In this document: piece after piece, positions 42,899-51,223 of the stretch
Layout of the letters: each line of letters opens with the position of its first letter
Numbering within the stretch: the first letter of the stretch is position 1
Assembly (NCBI GenBank): GCA_903891415.1
Contig: CAITEH010000008.1
Location: 9,960-73,959 of the forward strand
Source: Candidatus Firestoneibacteriota bacterium
GTDB lineage: Bacteria > Oederibacteriota > D2-FULL-39-29
Length of the DNA: 64,000 bases
Reading direction: 5' to 3'
Notes under the pieces: generated by a model
The model's database searches: none
Seen by the model: only the letters and a program-made list of their open reading frames with translations
What the model was told of the DNA's origin: nothing
Program-made: the position numbers and the translations under genes

Positions 42899-43255
42899 AT
42901 GCTCAACGAATATCTTGCAGTTTTTATATTTCTGGTAATTGCCCTGGGTTTTACGGTAGCCGGGCTGGTAACCGCTTTTTTGGTCAGGAATTCTAACCCA
43001 AATTACGAGAAAGAAACAACCTATGAATGCGGTGAAGAACCTGTTGGCGGAGCGTGGATCCAGTTCAACATGCGCTATTATTTTTTTGCTATTCTTTTTG
43101 TTATTTTTGATGTGGAAGTAATATTTTTATTTCCCTGGGCAGTGGTATTCAGAGAATTGGGGCTTTTTGCTTTTATTGAAATGTCTCTCTTTCTGGGAAT
43201 TTTAATAGTGGGACTGGCGTATTGCTGGAAAAAAGGACATCTTAAGTGGGAATAG
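42899..43255 (+). CDS. nuoA: NADH-quinone oxidoreductase subunit A homolog, stand-alone
   Basis: 118 aa, 3 TM segments. YECGEEPVG, RYYFFAILFVIFDVEVIFLFPWA, YCWKKGHLKWE. Starts 3 nt after the metF stop. No nuoB follows. Confidence 0.88.
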   Translation: MLNEYLAVFIFLVIALGFTVAGLVTAFLVRNSNPNYEKETTYECGEEPVGGAWIQFNMRYYFFAILFVIFDVEVIFLFPWAVVFRELGLFAFIEMSLFLGILIVGLAYCWKKGHLKWE

Positions 43256-43311
43256 AGCCGATATTGATAATGTAAAGGTTTTGTGGCGTTATTTTAAGTA
43301 AAAGGCTATTT

Positions 43312-43902
43312 ATGAAGAGATCGTCCCTGGTTAGGCTCAAAATTAAGAATAGTTTAAGAATTAAGCTAAAGAAAAAAAGACTCGCATTAAAACTGCTTAT
43401 CTTAAAACGTAAAAACCGTGCTATCACCAAAAAGCTGTTTTCATTAGAAGAATTTCAAAAAGCTAAAAGTATATTGTTTTACGTTTCATTTAATAATGAA
43501 GTTAGTACTTTCAAGATGATAGCAAAGGCTTTACGGCAAAAGAAATTAGTTTATGTCCCGATAACCGATATTAAGAATAAACGTCTAACTATAAGCAGGA
43601 TAAGGGTATTTCCCGGCAATCTAGCCCGGTCTTCATATGGAATTCTTGAACCCAAATTAAAATATAGAGAATTATTCTATGGCAAAAAAATAGATATAAT
43701 TATTGTTCCGGGCCTTGGTTTCGATATTTTGGGGAATAGATTAGGTTATGGCGGTGGTTTCTATGACCGGCTTTTAAAAAAGATGGGCGGGCTAAAGATA
43801 GGGCTTGCTTTTGACTTTCAGGTCTTAAGGTGCATACCTGCAGATAATAATGATCAAAAACTGGACCTTATAATAACTGACAAAAGAAAGATTAGAGCGT
43901 AA
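43312..43902 (+). CDS. 5-formyltetrahydrofolate cyclo-ligase
   Basis: ILFYVSFNNEV, IIVPGLGFDILGNRLGYGGGFYDRLL. Confidence 0.85.
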   Translation: MKRSSLVRLKIKNSLRIKLKKKRLALKLLILKRKNRAITKKLFSLEEFQKAKSILFYVSFNNEVSTFKMIAKALRQKKLVYVPITDIKNKRLTISRIRVFPGNLARSSYGILEPKLKYRELFYGKKIDIIIVPGLGFDILGNRLGYGGGFYDRLLKKMGGLKIGLAFDFQVLRCIPADNNDQKLDLIITDKRKIRA

Positions 43903-44008
43903 TTTGTCCAACCTAAAGCAATATATTTCACAAATCAGCTTGTTCTAATATGAAGCGCCTAAAACTGTATATTCTCAGCTGAAACTAGTGTTGTTTTATA
44001 AAAAGCCA

Positions 44009-44037
44009 TTGACATTTGCTAAGTTATGGACTATAAT
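44009..44037 (+). promoter_or_regulatory. perfect consensus sigma70 promoter TTGACA-17nt-TATAAT
   Basis: TTGACA at 44009-44014, 17-nt spacer, TATAAT at 44032-44037. Predicted +1 is about 44044. Confidence 0.65.
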
Positions 44038-44043
44038 TAAAAC

Positions 44044-44294
44044 TAATTAGGAAGGTTATTCACGGAAAATGAGATATTTAATTTGGTTATTAAACATAGT
44101 GAAAATTTACAAATCAGAAGAAGACTCTGTATTTGTTTATAAGAATTCTGTTTATTTAGCAAAAACTGAAAAAGAAAACCTTTTCTTTTTCAATATACGC
44201 CTACAGAATTCTGCCAATTTAAATTAAATCCTCGTAGTTTCCTGCAATAACCTCGACTTTCCTAAAATTATTCTTAATATTAAGGAGGATCTAA
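44044..44294 (+). ncRNA. candidate structured RNA: long 5' leader of rny or an independent sRNA
   Basis: Nested colinear helices: 44044-46/44268-70, 44047-53/44259-65, 44054-60/44246-52, 44064-68/44238-42, 44076-84/44221-29. Inner hairpins: 44109-17/44127-36, 44142-51/44203-12 and 44168-78/44181-91. This is manual folding only. Confidence 0.35.
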
Positions 44295-45857
44295 ATGGAT
44301 ATTTTAAAAGTTATTGTTCTAATAGTTGTCGGTATTTTTGCCGGTATTTTTATTGGCTGGATACTCAGGAAGAAAACAGCCGAAGACAAGATACAATCGG
44401 CGGAAAAAATAGTCAAGCAAAAACTTGAAGATGCCGAGAGACAGGTAGCTTCCCGGAAAAAAGAAGCTATCATTGAGGCAAAGGAAGAACTTTTTAAGGC
44501 AAAACAGCAGTTTGAATCGGATACAAAAGAAAGAAGGTTGGAAATTCAAACCCTTGAAAAACGTTTGACCCAAAGAGAAGAACATGTCGATAAAAGAGCG
44601 GATCTTCTTGACCAGAAAGAAAAAGAAAATAAGGGCCGCGAGACCGAGTTACAGCAGAAAGATCAAATTATCAAGGATAAGGATGATAAGCTTAATAGAA
44701 TGATAGAAGAAGAACGTGTTAAGCTTGAGCGGATCTCCGGGCTCACCACGGAAATTGCCAAAAAAATGCTTCTTGAGATGCTGGAAAAGCAGGCTCACAA
44801 TGATGCTGCGGTCATAATAAAACGTATAGAAGATGAAGCAAAAGAAGAAGCAGAAAAGAAGGCAAAAAAGATAATTTCGCTTTCCATACAAAGGTGCGCA
44901 ATTGATCATACGGTAGAGTCTACCGTTTCGGTTGTGCCGCTTCCCAATGAAGAAATGAAAGGGAGAGTTATCGGAAGAGAGGGGCGGAATATTCGGGCGC
45001 TTGAGGCGGCCACGGGAATAGATGTAATTGTTGATGATACTCCCGAAGCGGTCGTTCTTTCAGGTTTTGATATGGTGCGCCGTGAGATAGCCAGGATATC
45101 TTTAGAGAGATTAATATCAGACGGCAGGATCCATCCAACCCGTATTGAAGAGGTTGTTGAGAGAGTAAAAAGCGAAGTTGATGAGAAGATAAAAGAAACA
45201 GGGGAAAGAACAGTTATGGATATGGGCCTTTCCGGAATACACCCGGAATTGGTAAGGCTTATAGGCCGGCTCAAATACCGTACCAGTTACGGACAGAACA
45301 TTCTTCAACATTCCATTGAGGTGGCCAATTTGTCCGGTATGATAGCAGGCGAATTAGGGCTTGATTCTGTAATGTTTAAGCGTGCCGGCTTATTGCATGA
45401 TATCGGTAAAGCTGTCGATCACGAAATAGAAGGAACACATCCCCAGATAGGAGCGGATCTGGTCAAAAAGTACAAAGAGAGCCCGCGGGTTATATCTGCT
45501 GTGGGAGAACATCACGGGGATGACCAATTAAGGACCATAGACGCCATTATTGTTCAGGCCGCCGACTCTATTTCAGGCGCGAGGCCGGGAGCCAGGCGCG
45601 AATCTTTGGAAACATATATTAAACGTCTTGAGAAACTGGAAAATATCGCTGAATCTTTTACCGGAGTAAAGAATTCTTTTGCCATGCAGGCAGGCCGGGA
45701 AATAAGGATCATGGTGGAATACACGGAGATAAATGACGCCCAGGCCCTTCAACTGGCGAAAGATATTGCAAAACGCATAGAAGAAGAAGTTGAGTATCCG
45801 GGCCAGGTCAAGGTAACTGTTATAAGGGAAATGCGCGCTTCTGAATATGCGAAGTAA
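44295..45857 (+). CDS. rny: ribonuclease Y
   Basis: N-terminal TM, coiled coil, KH domain ([15 protein letters not shown]), HD domain (LLHDIGKA...GEHHGD). Strong RBS (AAGGAGGA). Confidence 0.96.
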   Translation: MDILKVIVLIVVGIFAGIFIGWILRKKTAEDKIQSAEKIVKQKLEDAERQVASRKKEAIIEAKEELFKAKQQFESDTKERRLEIQTLEKRLTQREEHVDKRADLLDQKEKENKGRETELQQKDQIIKDKDDKLNRMIEEERVKLERISGLTTEIAKKMLLEMLEKQAHNDAAVIIKRIEDEAKEEAEKKAKKIISLSIQRCAIDHTVESTVSVVPLPNEEMKGRVIGREGRNIRALEAATGIDVIVDDTPEAVVLSGFDMVRREIARISLERLISDGRIHPTRIEEVVERVKSEVDEKIKETGERTVMDMGLSGIHPELVRLIGRLKYRTSYGQNILQHSIEVANLSGMIAGELGLDSVMFKRAGLLHDIGKAVDHEIEGTHPQIGADLVKKYKESPRVISAVGEHHGDDQLRTIDAIIVQAADSISGARPGARRESLETYIKRLEKLENIAESFTGVKNSFAMQAGREIRIMVEYTEINDAQALQLAKDIAKRIEEEVEYPGQVKVTVIREMRASEYAK

Positions 45858-45869
45858 GGCTGGCGCCTG

Positions 45870-45966
45870 ATGGCACAGATGGGTAAAGAGATGACACAGA
45901 TGGTGGGTAGAAATACGGATGGGTAAAGAAATGGCACGGATGAGGAAAAAAATGACACAGATACAG
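45870..45966. repeat. about 5 degenerate tandem units (~21 nt) of ATG[GA]CAC[AG]GATGG-like sequence between rny and ymdB
   Basis: C[AG]GAT[GA] cores begin at 45876, 45897, 45916, 45937 and 45958, giving spacings of 21, 19, 21 and 21 nt. Confidence 0.6.
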
Positions 45967-45982
45967 CAACAAAAAGGATAAG

Positions 45983-46765
45983 ATGAAACTATTGTTTTTA
46001 GGGGACATAATAGGTGAACCCGGAAGAATAGCTGTTAAAGCGCTTTTACCGGGCCTAAAAAAGGAACTGGGTTTGGATTTTGTTGTTGCTAACGGAGAAA
46101 ACTCTGCCGGTGGATTTGGAATTACGGCAAAAGTTCTGGACGAACTTCTGGCTTCGGGTATTGATGTTGTTACTTCAGGGAATCACATTTGGGATAAAAA
46201 AGAGGTAATGCAGATAATTGACACTGAAACCAGGCTGCTCCGGCCGGCTAACTATCCTGAAGGAGTTGCAGGTTTTGGTTACAGGGTTTATGATACGCCC
46301 GGCGGCTTAAAAATTGCTGTACTAAATCTTGAAGGCCGGGTCTATTTATCAAATATCGATTGCCCTTTTAGAACAGCAAAAAAGGCGGTCAATAAAATTA
46401 AGGAAGAAACAAACATTATTGTCGTGGACTTTCACGCCGAGATCACTTCGGAAAAGAATGCTCTGGGCAATTATCTTGACGGGGAAATATCTGCGCTTTT
46501 TGGCACGCATACGCATATTCAAACAGCCGATGAAAGAATTCTTCCCGGCGGCACAGCCTACATCACGGATGCAGGTATGTGCGGTGCAACAGATTCCGTA
46601 ATAGGTATAAAGAAGGAAATGGCTTTACAGCGTTTTCTTTACGACATTCCTGTAAGGTTTGAAGTTGCAACCGGCAGTGTTAAGATCAACGGAGTTTTTA
46701 TTGAAATAGATGAGCAAACCGGAAAAGCCCTTTCGATCCTCAGGCTTAGCCGGGAACATAAGTAA
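45983..46765 (+). CDS. ymdB: YmdB-family metallophosphoesterase (2',3'-cyclic-nucleotide phosphodiesterase)
   Basis: MKLLFLGDIIGEPGR, VVANGENSAGGFGIT, VDFHAE, GTHTHIQTADERIL. Confidence 0.9.
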   Translation: MKLLFLGDIIGEPGRIAVKALLPGLKKELGLDFVVANGENSAGGFGITAKVLDELLASGIDVVTSGNHIWDKKEVMQIIDTETRLLRPANYPEGVAGFGYRVYDTPGGLKIAVLNLEGRVYLSNIDCPFRTAKKAVNKIKEETNIIVVDFHAEITSEKNALGNYLDGEISALFGTHTHIQTADERILPGGTAYITDAGMCGATDSVIGIKKEMALQRFLYDIPVRFEVATGSVKINGVFIEIDEQTGKALSILRLSREHK

Positions 46766-46816
46766 AAAATAAGCAACAGGTTCTGGGCCCTGGGTTTTAG
46801 GCGCTTGGGAAGTATA

Positions 46817-46845
46817 GGTCCCATAACACCCGGGACCATTTTTTA
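46817..46845 (+). terminator. possible weak terminator or attenuator upstream of tmk
   Basis: GGTCCC (46817-22) / GGGACC (46832-37) stem with a 9-nt loop, followed by ATTTTTTA. Confidence 0.35.
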
Positions 46846-46854
46846 GGAGAAATT

Positions 46855-47499
46855 ATGATCTTTATAACTTTTGAAGGCCCTGAAGGCAGCGGCAAGACCA
46901 CACAGATAGATAAATTGCAAAAATACCTGAATAAAACGGGTTTTACAACGATCAAGACCAGAGAACCCGGGGGTTCTCCTATAGCTGAAAAGATCAGAGA
47001 ACTGCTTCTTGACCCGGCCAATAAAGAAATGGCGGCTGCCACTGAACTTTTACTTTATCTGGCAAGCCGTGCTCAGCATGTACGGGACAAGATCCTACCG
47101 GCACTAAAAAAGGGTAAGGTGGTTCTTTGCGACAGGTTTAATGATTCTACGCTGGCCTACCAGGGTTATGCCCGGGGTTTTTCAAAAGAAATAATAGAGA
47201 AATTTAATAATTTTGCCGCGGGAGGATTAAAACCGGACCTGACCATATATCTGGATCTGGATGTTAAGCTGGGACTTAAACGGGCGCATAAGAGAGCGGG
47301 GAAAAAAGATAGATTAGAACTGGAAAAAAAAGCTTTTCATGAAAAAGTCCGTAAAGGCTACCTGGCAATTGCGAAAAAAGAACCGGGCAGGATCAAAATA
47401 ATCGACGGGCTTGCTTCAAGGGAAGAAATTACTGATAAAATCGCGGTATTTGTTGACAGGAAACTAAAAAATGCTGGAAAAAATTCTCGGACATGTTAA
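46855..47499 (+). CDS. tmk: thymidylate kinase
   Basis: ITFEGPEGSGKTTQ, REPGGSPI, DRFNDSTLAYQG. Confidence 0.95.
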   Translation: MIFITFEGPEGSGKTTQIDKLQKYLNKTGFTTIKTREPGGSPIAEKIRELLLDPANKEMAAATELLLYLASRAQHVRDKILPALKKGKVVLCDRFNDSTLAYQGYARGFSKEIIEKFNNFAAGGLKPDLTIYLDLDVKLGLKRAHKRAGKKDRLELEKKAFHEKVRKGYLAIAKKEPGRIKIIDGLASREEITDKIAVFVDRKLKNAGKNSRTC

Positions 47500-48460
47500 A
47501 CAAAAAAGGATCCTTTCTGCTTCAGTAAAAAACGACCGGCTGGCTCATGCTTATCTTTTTACCGGCAAAGATGGAGTAGGCAAGAGGTCCTTGGCGCTGG
47601 AATTTGCCCGTTTAGTTAACTGTGAAAATCCGGATCATATAAATTTTAAAGCCTGCTCTGTTTGCCTTTCCTGCGAAAAACAGTCAAAAGGGCTTAATCC
47701 GGATATTGAACTTGTTGAACCTGACGGGAATTCTATTAAGAAGGAACAAATAACGGGGCTTCTCGGAGCACAGTCGCTTTCTTCACTTTTTAACAGGTAT
47801 AAATTCATAATAATAAATGAGGCCGGAAAACTTTCCCGGGACGCGGTTCCGATGCTTCTAAAAACAATTGAAGAGCCTTTGCAGAAACGGGTCTTTATTC
47901 TTATCGAATCAAGAGCAGATCTTCTTCTTGATACCATAAAGTCGAGGTGCCAGACCCTGAAATTCGGGCCTTTGCCCCCGGAACAAATAAAGGATATCCT
48001 GGTTTCTAAGGGTACGCCTGTTTCAGATGAAAGAATTTTTGAATACGTAATCAGGGCCTCCGAAGGCAGTGCTGCCAAAGCGCTTGAACTTACCGGAGAG
48101 AAATGCCTTGAGGTGCGCGGATATATTTTTACGATGCTGGAAGCTTATTATACCAGCAGGCAGCTGCTGGAAATAAAGACAGCTAAAAAAAAGTTTGAAA
48201 ATATAACCGTGCTGGTTACGGATCTTTTATCAGGGTTTTTCTATGATGTATTTAAAGATAAGACAGGCCAGGGCTTACTGTGCAATGTGGATAAAGAAGA
48301 GCTTGTAAAAAAATATTCAAAGCTTCTGCCGCTTGATAATATAATGAATATGTTGAGCGAAATAGATATTTCAAAAAGCGTAATTTCCAGGAACAGGATC
48401 TTAAATCAAGACCTGGTACTTAATAATATTCTGGTTAAAGGGGACACAAGAAATGGATGA
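47471..48460 (+). CDS. holB: DNA polymerase III delta' subunit
   Basis: LAHAYLFTGKDGVGKRS, C..C..C Zn module (CSVCLSCEK), TIEEP, SRCQTLKF. Confidence 0.88.
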   Translation: MLEKILGHVKQKRILSASVKNDRLAHAYLFTGKDGVGKRSLALEFARLVNCENPDHINFKACSVCLSCEKQSKGLNPDIELVEPDGNSIKKEQITGLLGAQSLSSLFNRYKFIIINEAGKLSRDAVPMLLKTIEEPLQKRVFILIESRADLLLDTIKSRCQTLKFGPLPPEQIKDILVSKGTPVSDERIFEYVIRASEGSAAKALELTGEKCLEVRGYIFTMLEAYYTSRQLLEIKTAKKKFENITVLVTDLLSGFFYDVFKDKTGQGLLCNVDKEELVKKYSKLLPLDNIMNMLSEIDISKSVISRNRILNQDLVLNNILVKGDTRNG

Positions 48461-49688
48461 TATTAATAATAAACAAAATATTGGCGGCCCGTCAATAAAA
48501 CCGCCGGAACAGGCCCAAACTCAGCCGGTTCAAGCATTGCCCGGGATACCGGCAGCGCTTGCTTTACCGGACCAGCCCCAGCAGCCGGTACAGGTTCAAC
48601 AAGCCCAGCCGATTGCGGCTGCCGTTCCATTTTATCAGGTTCCTGTAAGATTCCGGGACCGTTGTAAAATAATTAATTGTTTCAGTACTGATGCCAATAT
48701 TAAAGAAGAAAATAATTGTGTGGTAGATACCGCGGACGGCCCTCAGTTCGGCCAGGCCGTAAAGGCCGCAAAACTTATAACTGACGGTAAAATTGACGGG
48801 TTTTTAAAATTACTCAGGATAGCCGCCCCGGAAGATGTCAAGCATTTTTACGAAAATATTCAAAAAGAAAAAGAAGCCTATAAGTCCTGCCAGCAAAAAA
48901 TAGAAGAGAAAAGTTTGGAGATGAAACTGGTGGAAGCAGATTATTCCCTGGATAGAACAAAAATAGTCTTTTACTTTACTGCGGAAAAACGCATGGATTT
49001 TCGCGAGCTGGTGAAAGATCTTGCGTATCTGCTTAAAGCGCGGATAGAGATGCGGCAGATAGGCGTAAGAGATGAAGCCAAGATGCTGGGCGGCTATGGA
49101 TGTTGCGGCAGGGAATTATGCTGTGTTTCTTTTCTTAAGGATTTTATTCCCGTGACCATAAAAATGGCCAAGGTTCAGAATCTTCCTTTAAATCAGACAA
49201 AAATATCCGGTATGTGCGGCAGATTGATGTGCTGTCTCGCCTACGAACAGGGCCAGTATGATTCACTGCGGGCGGCAGCGGCGGATACAATTAAAAAAGG
49301 TACCGGTATTCCCGCGGGGGAAAGCCAAAATATAGAAGCAGCGGAATTTAATAAAACTTTGGATAAGGCGGCACCTGCTGCCCCGGCAGTGTCCCAGCAG
49401 AAAGGACAGCAAAGACCCAATCAACCCTGGAACAGGACTCAAGGTTCAAATAACCATCAGGGTGCCGGTTCTGAAGGAAGGAATAAGGACGGCCAGAGAA
49501 ATAATAACAGTAATCGTAACCGCAATAACGACCGGCAAAACAGGCGGAATCAGGATAACAACAGAAACAACAGGGACTGGCAAAGGCAGGGGGGGAACAG
49601 GCCCAATAATAATCAACAAAATAACACACCGCGCAATAATACTCCTGCCGGCGGGCCGGGGCCGGATAAAAGTGGAGCCGGTAAATGA
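48453..49688 (+). CDS. ricT: PSP1-domain protein (RicT/YaaT family) with a P/Q-rich N-tail and an N/R/Q-rich C-tail
   Basis: PSP1 core (KIVFYFTAEKRMDFRELVKDLAYLLKARIEMRQIGVRD...CCGRELCC...GMCGRLMCCLAYE), flanked by low-complexity tails. Confidence 0.85.
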   Translation: MDDINNKQNIGGPSIKPPEQAQTQPVQALPGIPAALALPDQPQQPVQVQQAQPIAAAVPFYQVPVRFRDRCKIINCFSTDANIKEENNCVVDTADGPQFGQAVKAAKLITDGKIDGFLKLLRIAAPEDVKHFYENIQKEKEAYKSCQQKIEEKSLEMKLVEADYSLDRTKIVFYFTAEKRMDFRELVKDLAYLLKARIEMRQIGVRDEAKMLGGYGCCGRELCCVSFLKDFIPVTIKMAKVQNLPLNQTKISGMCGRLMCCLAYEQGQYDSLRAAAADTIKKGTGIPAGESQNIEAAEFNKTLDKAAPAAPAVSQQKGQQRPNQPWNRTQGSNNHQGAGSEGRNKDGQRNNNSNRNRNNDRQNRRNQDNNRNNRDWQRQGGNRPNNNQQNNTPRNNTPAGGPGPDKSGAGK

Positions 49689-51220
49689 AGAAATTCTATG
49701 TGACAACACCGATATATTATCCAAATGATATCCCGCATATCGGGCATTTCTATACAACGCTCGCGGCTGATATACTGGCCCGCTGGCATAAGCTAAAAGG
49801 AGAGGATGTTTTTTTCCTCACGGGTACGGATGAGCATGGCAAAAAGATAGAAACTGCCGCACAAAAAAAGGGAGAAGAGCCAAAAGAATTCGTTGACGGC
49901 TTGATCCCGAAGTTTATTGAAGCCTGGAAAAAACTGAACATTGACTATTCCCGTTTTATCAGAACTACGGAAGCCGCGCATATAGATACTGTAAGATTTA
50001 TGTATGATAAGTCCTACAAGAAAGGTGATATCTATAAAGGTTTTTATGAGGGCCTTTATTGTACCGGTTGTGAAGCTTATTATCAGGAAAAAGAATTAGA
50101 AACAGGCTGCTGCCCGGTCCACAAAACAAAAGTTGAAATACTAAAAGAAGAGAGTTATTTTTTTAAGCTTTCAGCTTATAGAGACAGGCTGCTGGAACAT
50201 TATGAAAAGAACAAAAGTTTTGTCAGGCCGGAATCAAGATATAATGAAATACTTTTCAGGATCAAGGAAGGTTTGCTTGATTTTTCAATATCAAGAAATA
50301 GTTTTAAATGGGGAATAGAACTGCCCTTTGATAAAGAGCATATTGCCTATGTCTGGTTTGATGCCCTTACAAATTATCTTTCCGGGGTAAATTATCTTAC
50401 AAATAAAGAGCAAAAATACTGGCCGGCAGATCTCCACCTGGTAGGCAAAGACATTCTCTGGTTCCATGCTGTGATCTGGCCGGCAATGCTTATGTCCGCG
50501 GAGATCCCGCTTCCCGGACAGATCTTCGCACATGGCTGGTGGACCTTTAATAAAGAGAAAATATCCAAGTCCCGCGGAAAAGTGATAAATGTCGATGAGC
50601 TTATCGCGATCGCCGGAGTGGATGCTGCCAGATATTTTCTTTTTGCAGAGACCACTTTTGGACAGGACGGTGATTTTTCAACGGAGGGTTTACTGCGAAG
50701 AAGAGATGCTGATCTGGCGAATGAACTGGGAAATCTTGTCAGCCGGGCGCTCACGATGTGTGAAAAATACTGCGCGGGAAAAGTTCCCGTTTACAAAGAA
50801 GAAAACTGTGCTTTGGGTGCCGGGGAAATAAAGGAAGCTGCAATTTCCGCCGTTGCAAGGTGTTGTCAGTGTATGGAGGAAATAGATTTTTCCGGGGCTT
50901 TGAACGGTATCTGGTCCTTTATTAAGCTCTTAAATCAATACGTGGAAAAAACAGCGCCCTGGAAACTGGCAAAAAACAACGAAAAAGAAAAACTTGATAC
51001 GGTCATCCATGTAATGCTTGAAGGTATACGGCTGACAGCCGTGCTGCTGGGGCCGTTTATTCCGGAAACCTCAGAAAAGATACTCGGCCAGCTGGGACTT
51101 GAAGCTCAGGAGAAAATATCTTTTGAAAATAAAGCAAAATGGGGGCAGTTACAAGCGGGTACTCCGATAAAAAAAGGAAAAATTCTTTTTCCCAAGGACC
51201 TGACTACTAAAAATGGCTAA
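49685..51220 (+). CDS. metG: methionyl-tRNA synthetase (short form)
   Basis: YYPNDIPHIGH (HIGH motif), Zn knuckle (CTGCEAYY...CCPVH), KISKSRG (KMSKS motif). Confidence 0.95.
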   Translation: MKKFYVTTPIYYPNDIPHIGHFYTTLAADILARWHKLKGEDVFFLTGTDEHGKKIETAAQKKGEEPKEFVDGLIPKFIEAWKKLNIDYSRFIRTTEAAHIDTVRFMYDKSYKKGDIYKGFYEGLYCTGCEAYYQEKELETGCCPVHKTKVEILKEESYFFKLSAYRDRLLEHYEKNKSFVRPESRYNEILFRIKEGLLDFSISRNSFKWGIELPFDKEHIAYVWFDALTNYLSGVNYLTNKEQKYWPADLHLVGKDILWFHAVIWPAMLMSAEIPLPGQIFAHGWWTFNKEKISKSRGKVINVDELIAIAGVDAARYFLFAETTFGQDGDFSTEGLLRRRDADLANELGNLVSRALTMCEKYCAGKVPVYKEENCALGAGEIKEAAISAVARCCQCMEEIDFSGALNGIWSFIKLLNQYVEKTAPWKLAKNNEKEKLDTVIHVMLEGIRLTAVLLGPFIPETSEKILGQLGLEAQEKISFENKAKWGQLQAGTPIKKGKILFPKDLTTKNG

Positions 51221-51223
51221 AAC

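Noticed and set aside
44069-44227. 52-aa ORF (MRYLIWLLNIVKIYKSEEDS...) inside the rny leader.
   Set aside because: The AGGAAGG lies 13 nt from the ATG, which is poor spacing. Composition is simply AT-rich-derived (N/K/I/F/Y) with no recognisable family. The region is better explained as structured RNA. I cannot exclude a leader peptide.
44044-44270. Calling the rny-upstream RNA a 6S RNA because of its adjacency to the 5-formyl-THF cyclo-ligase gene.
   Set aside because: My manual fold gives a closing helix plus two internal hairpins, not the single rod with a central bubble typical of 6S. The element is also downstream, not upstream, of the cyclo-ligase gene. I keep it as an unclassified candidate pending a covariance-model scan.
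45870-45966. The repeat array as a CRISPR or mini-CRISPR.
   Set aside because: Units are ~21 nt, degenerate and contiguous without spacers, and there are no cas genes. It does not fit CRISPR architecture.
49380-49680. N/R/Q-rich repetitive DNA at the 3' end of ricT as a non-coding repeat or a frameshifted region.
   Set aside because: The reading frame stays open and ends with a 4-nt overlap onto metG. The alternative-frame ORFs here (49462-49728 plus strand; 49348-49629 and 49446-49757 minus strand) are equally low-complexity. A coding disordered tail is the simplest reading.
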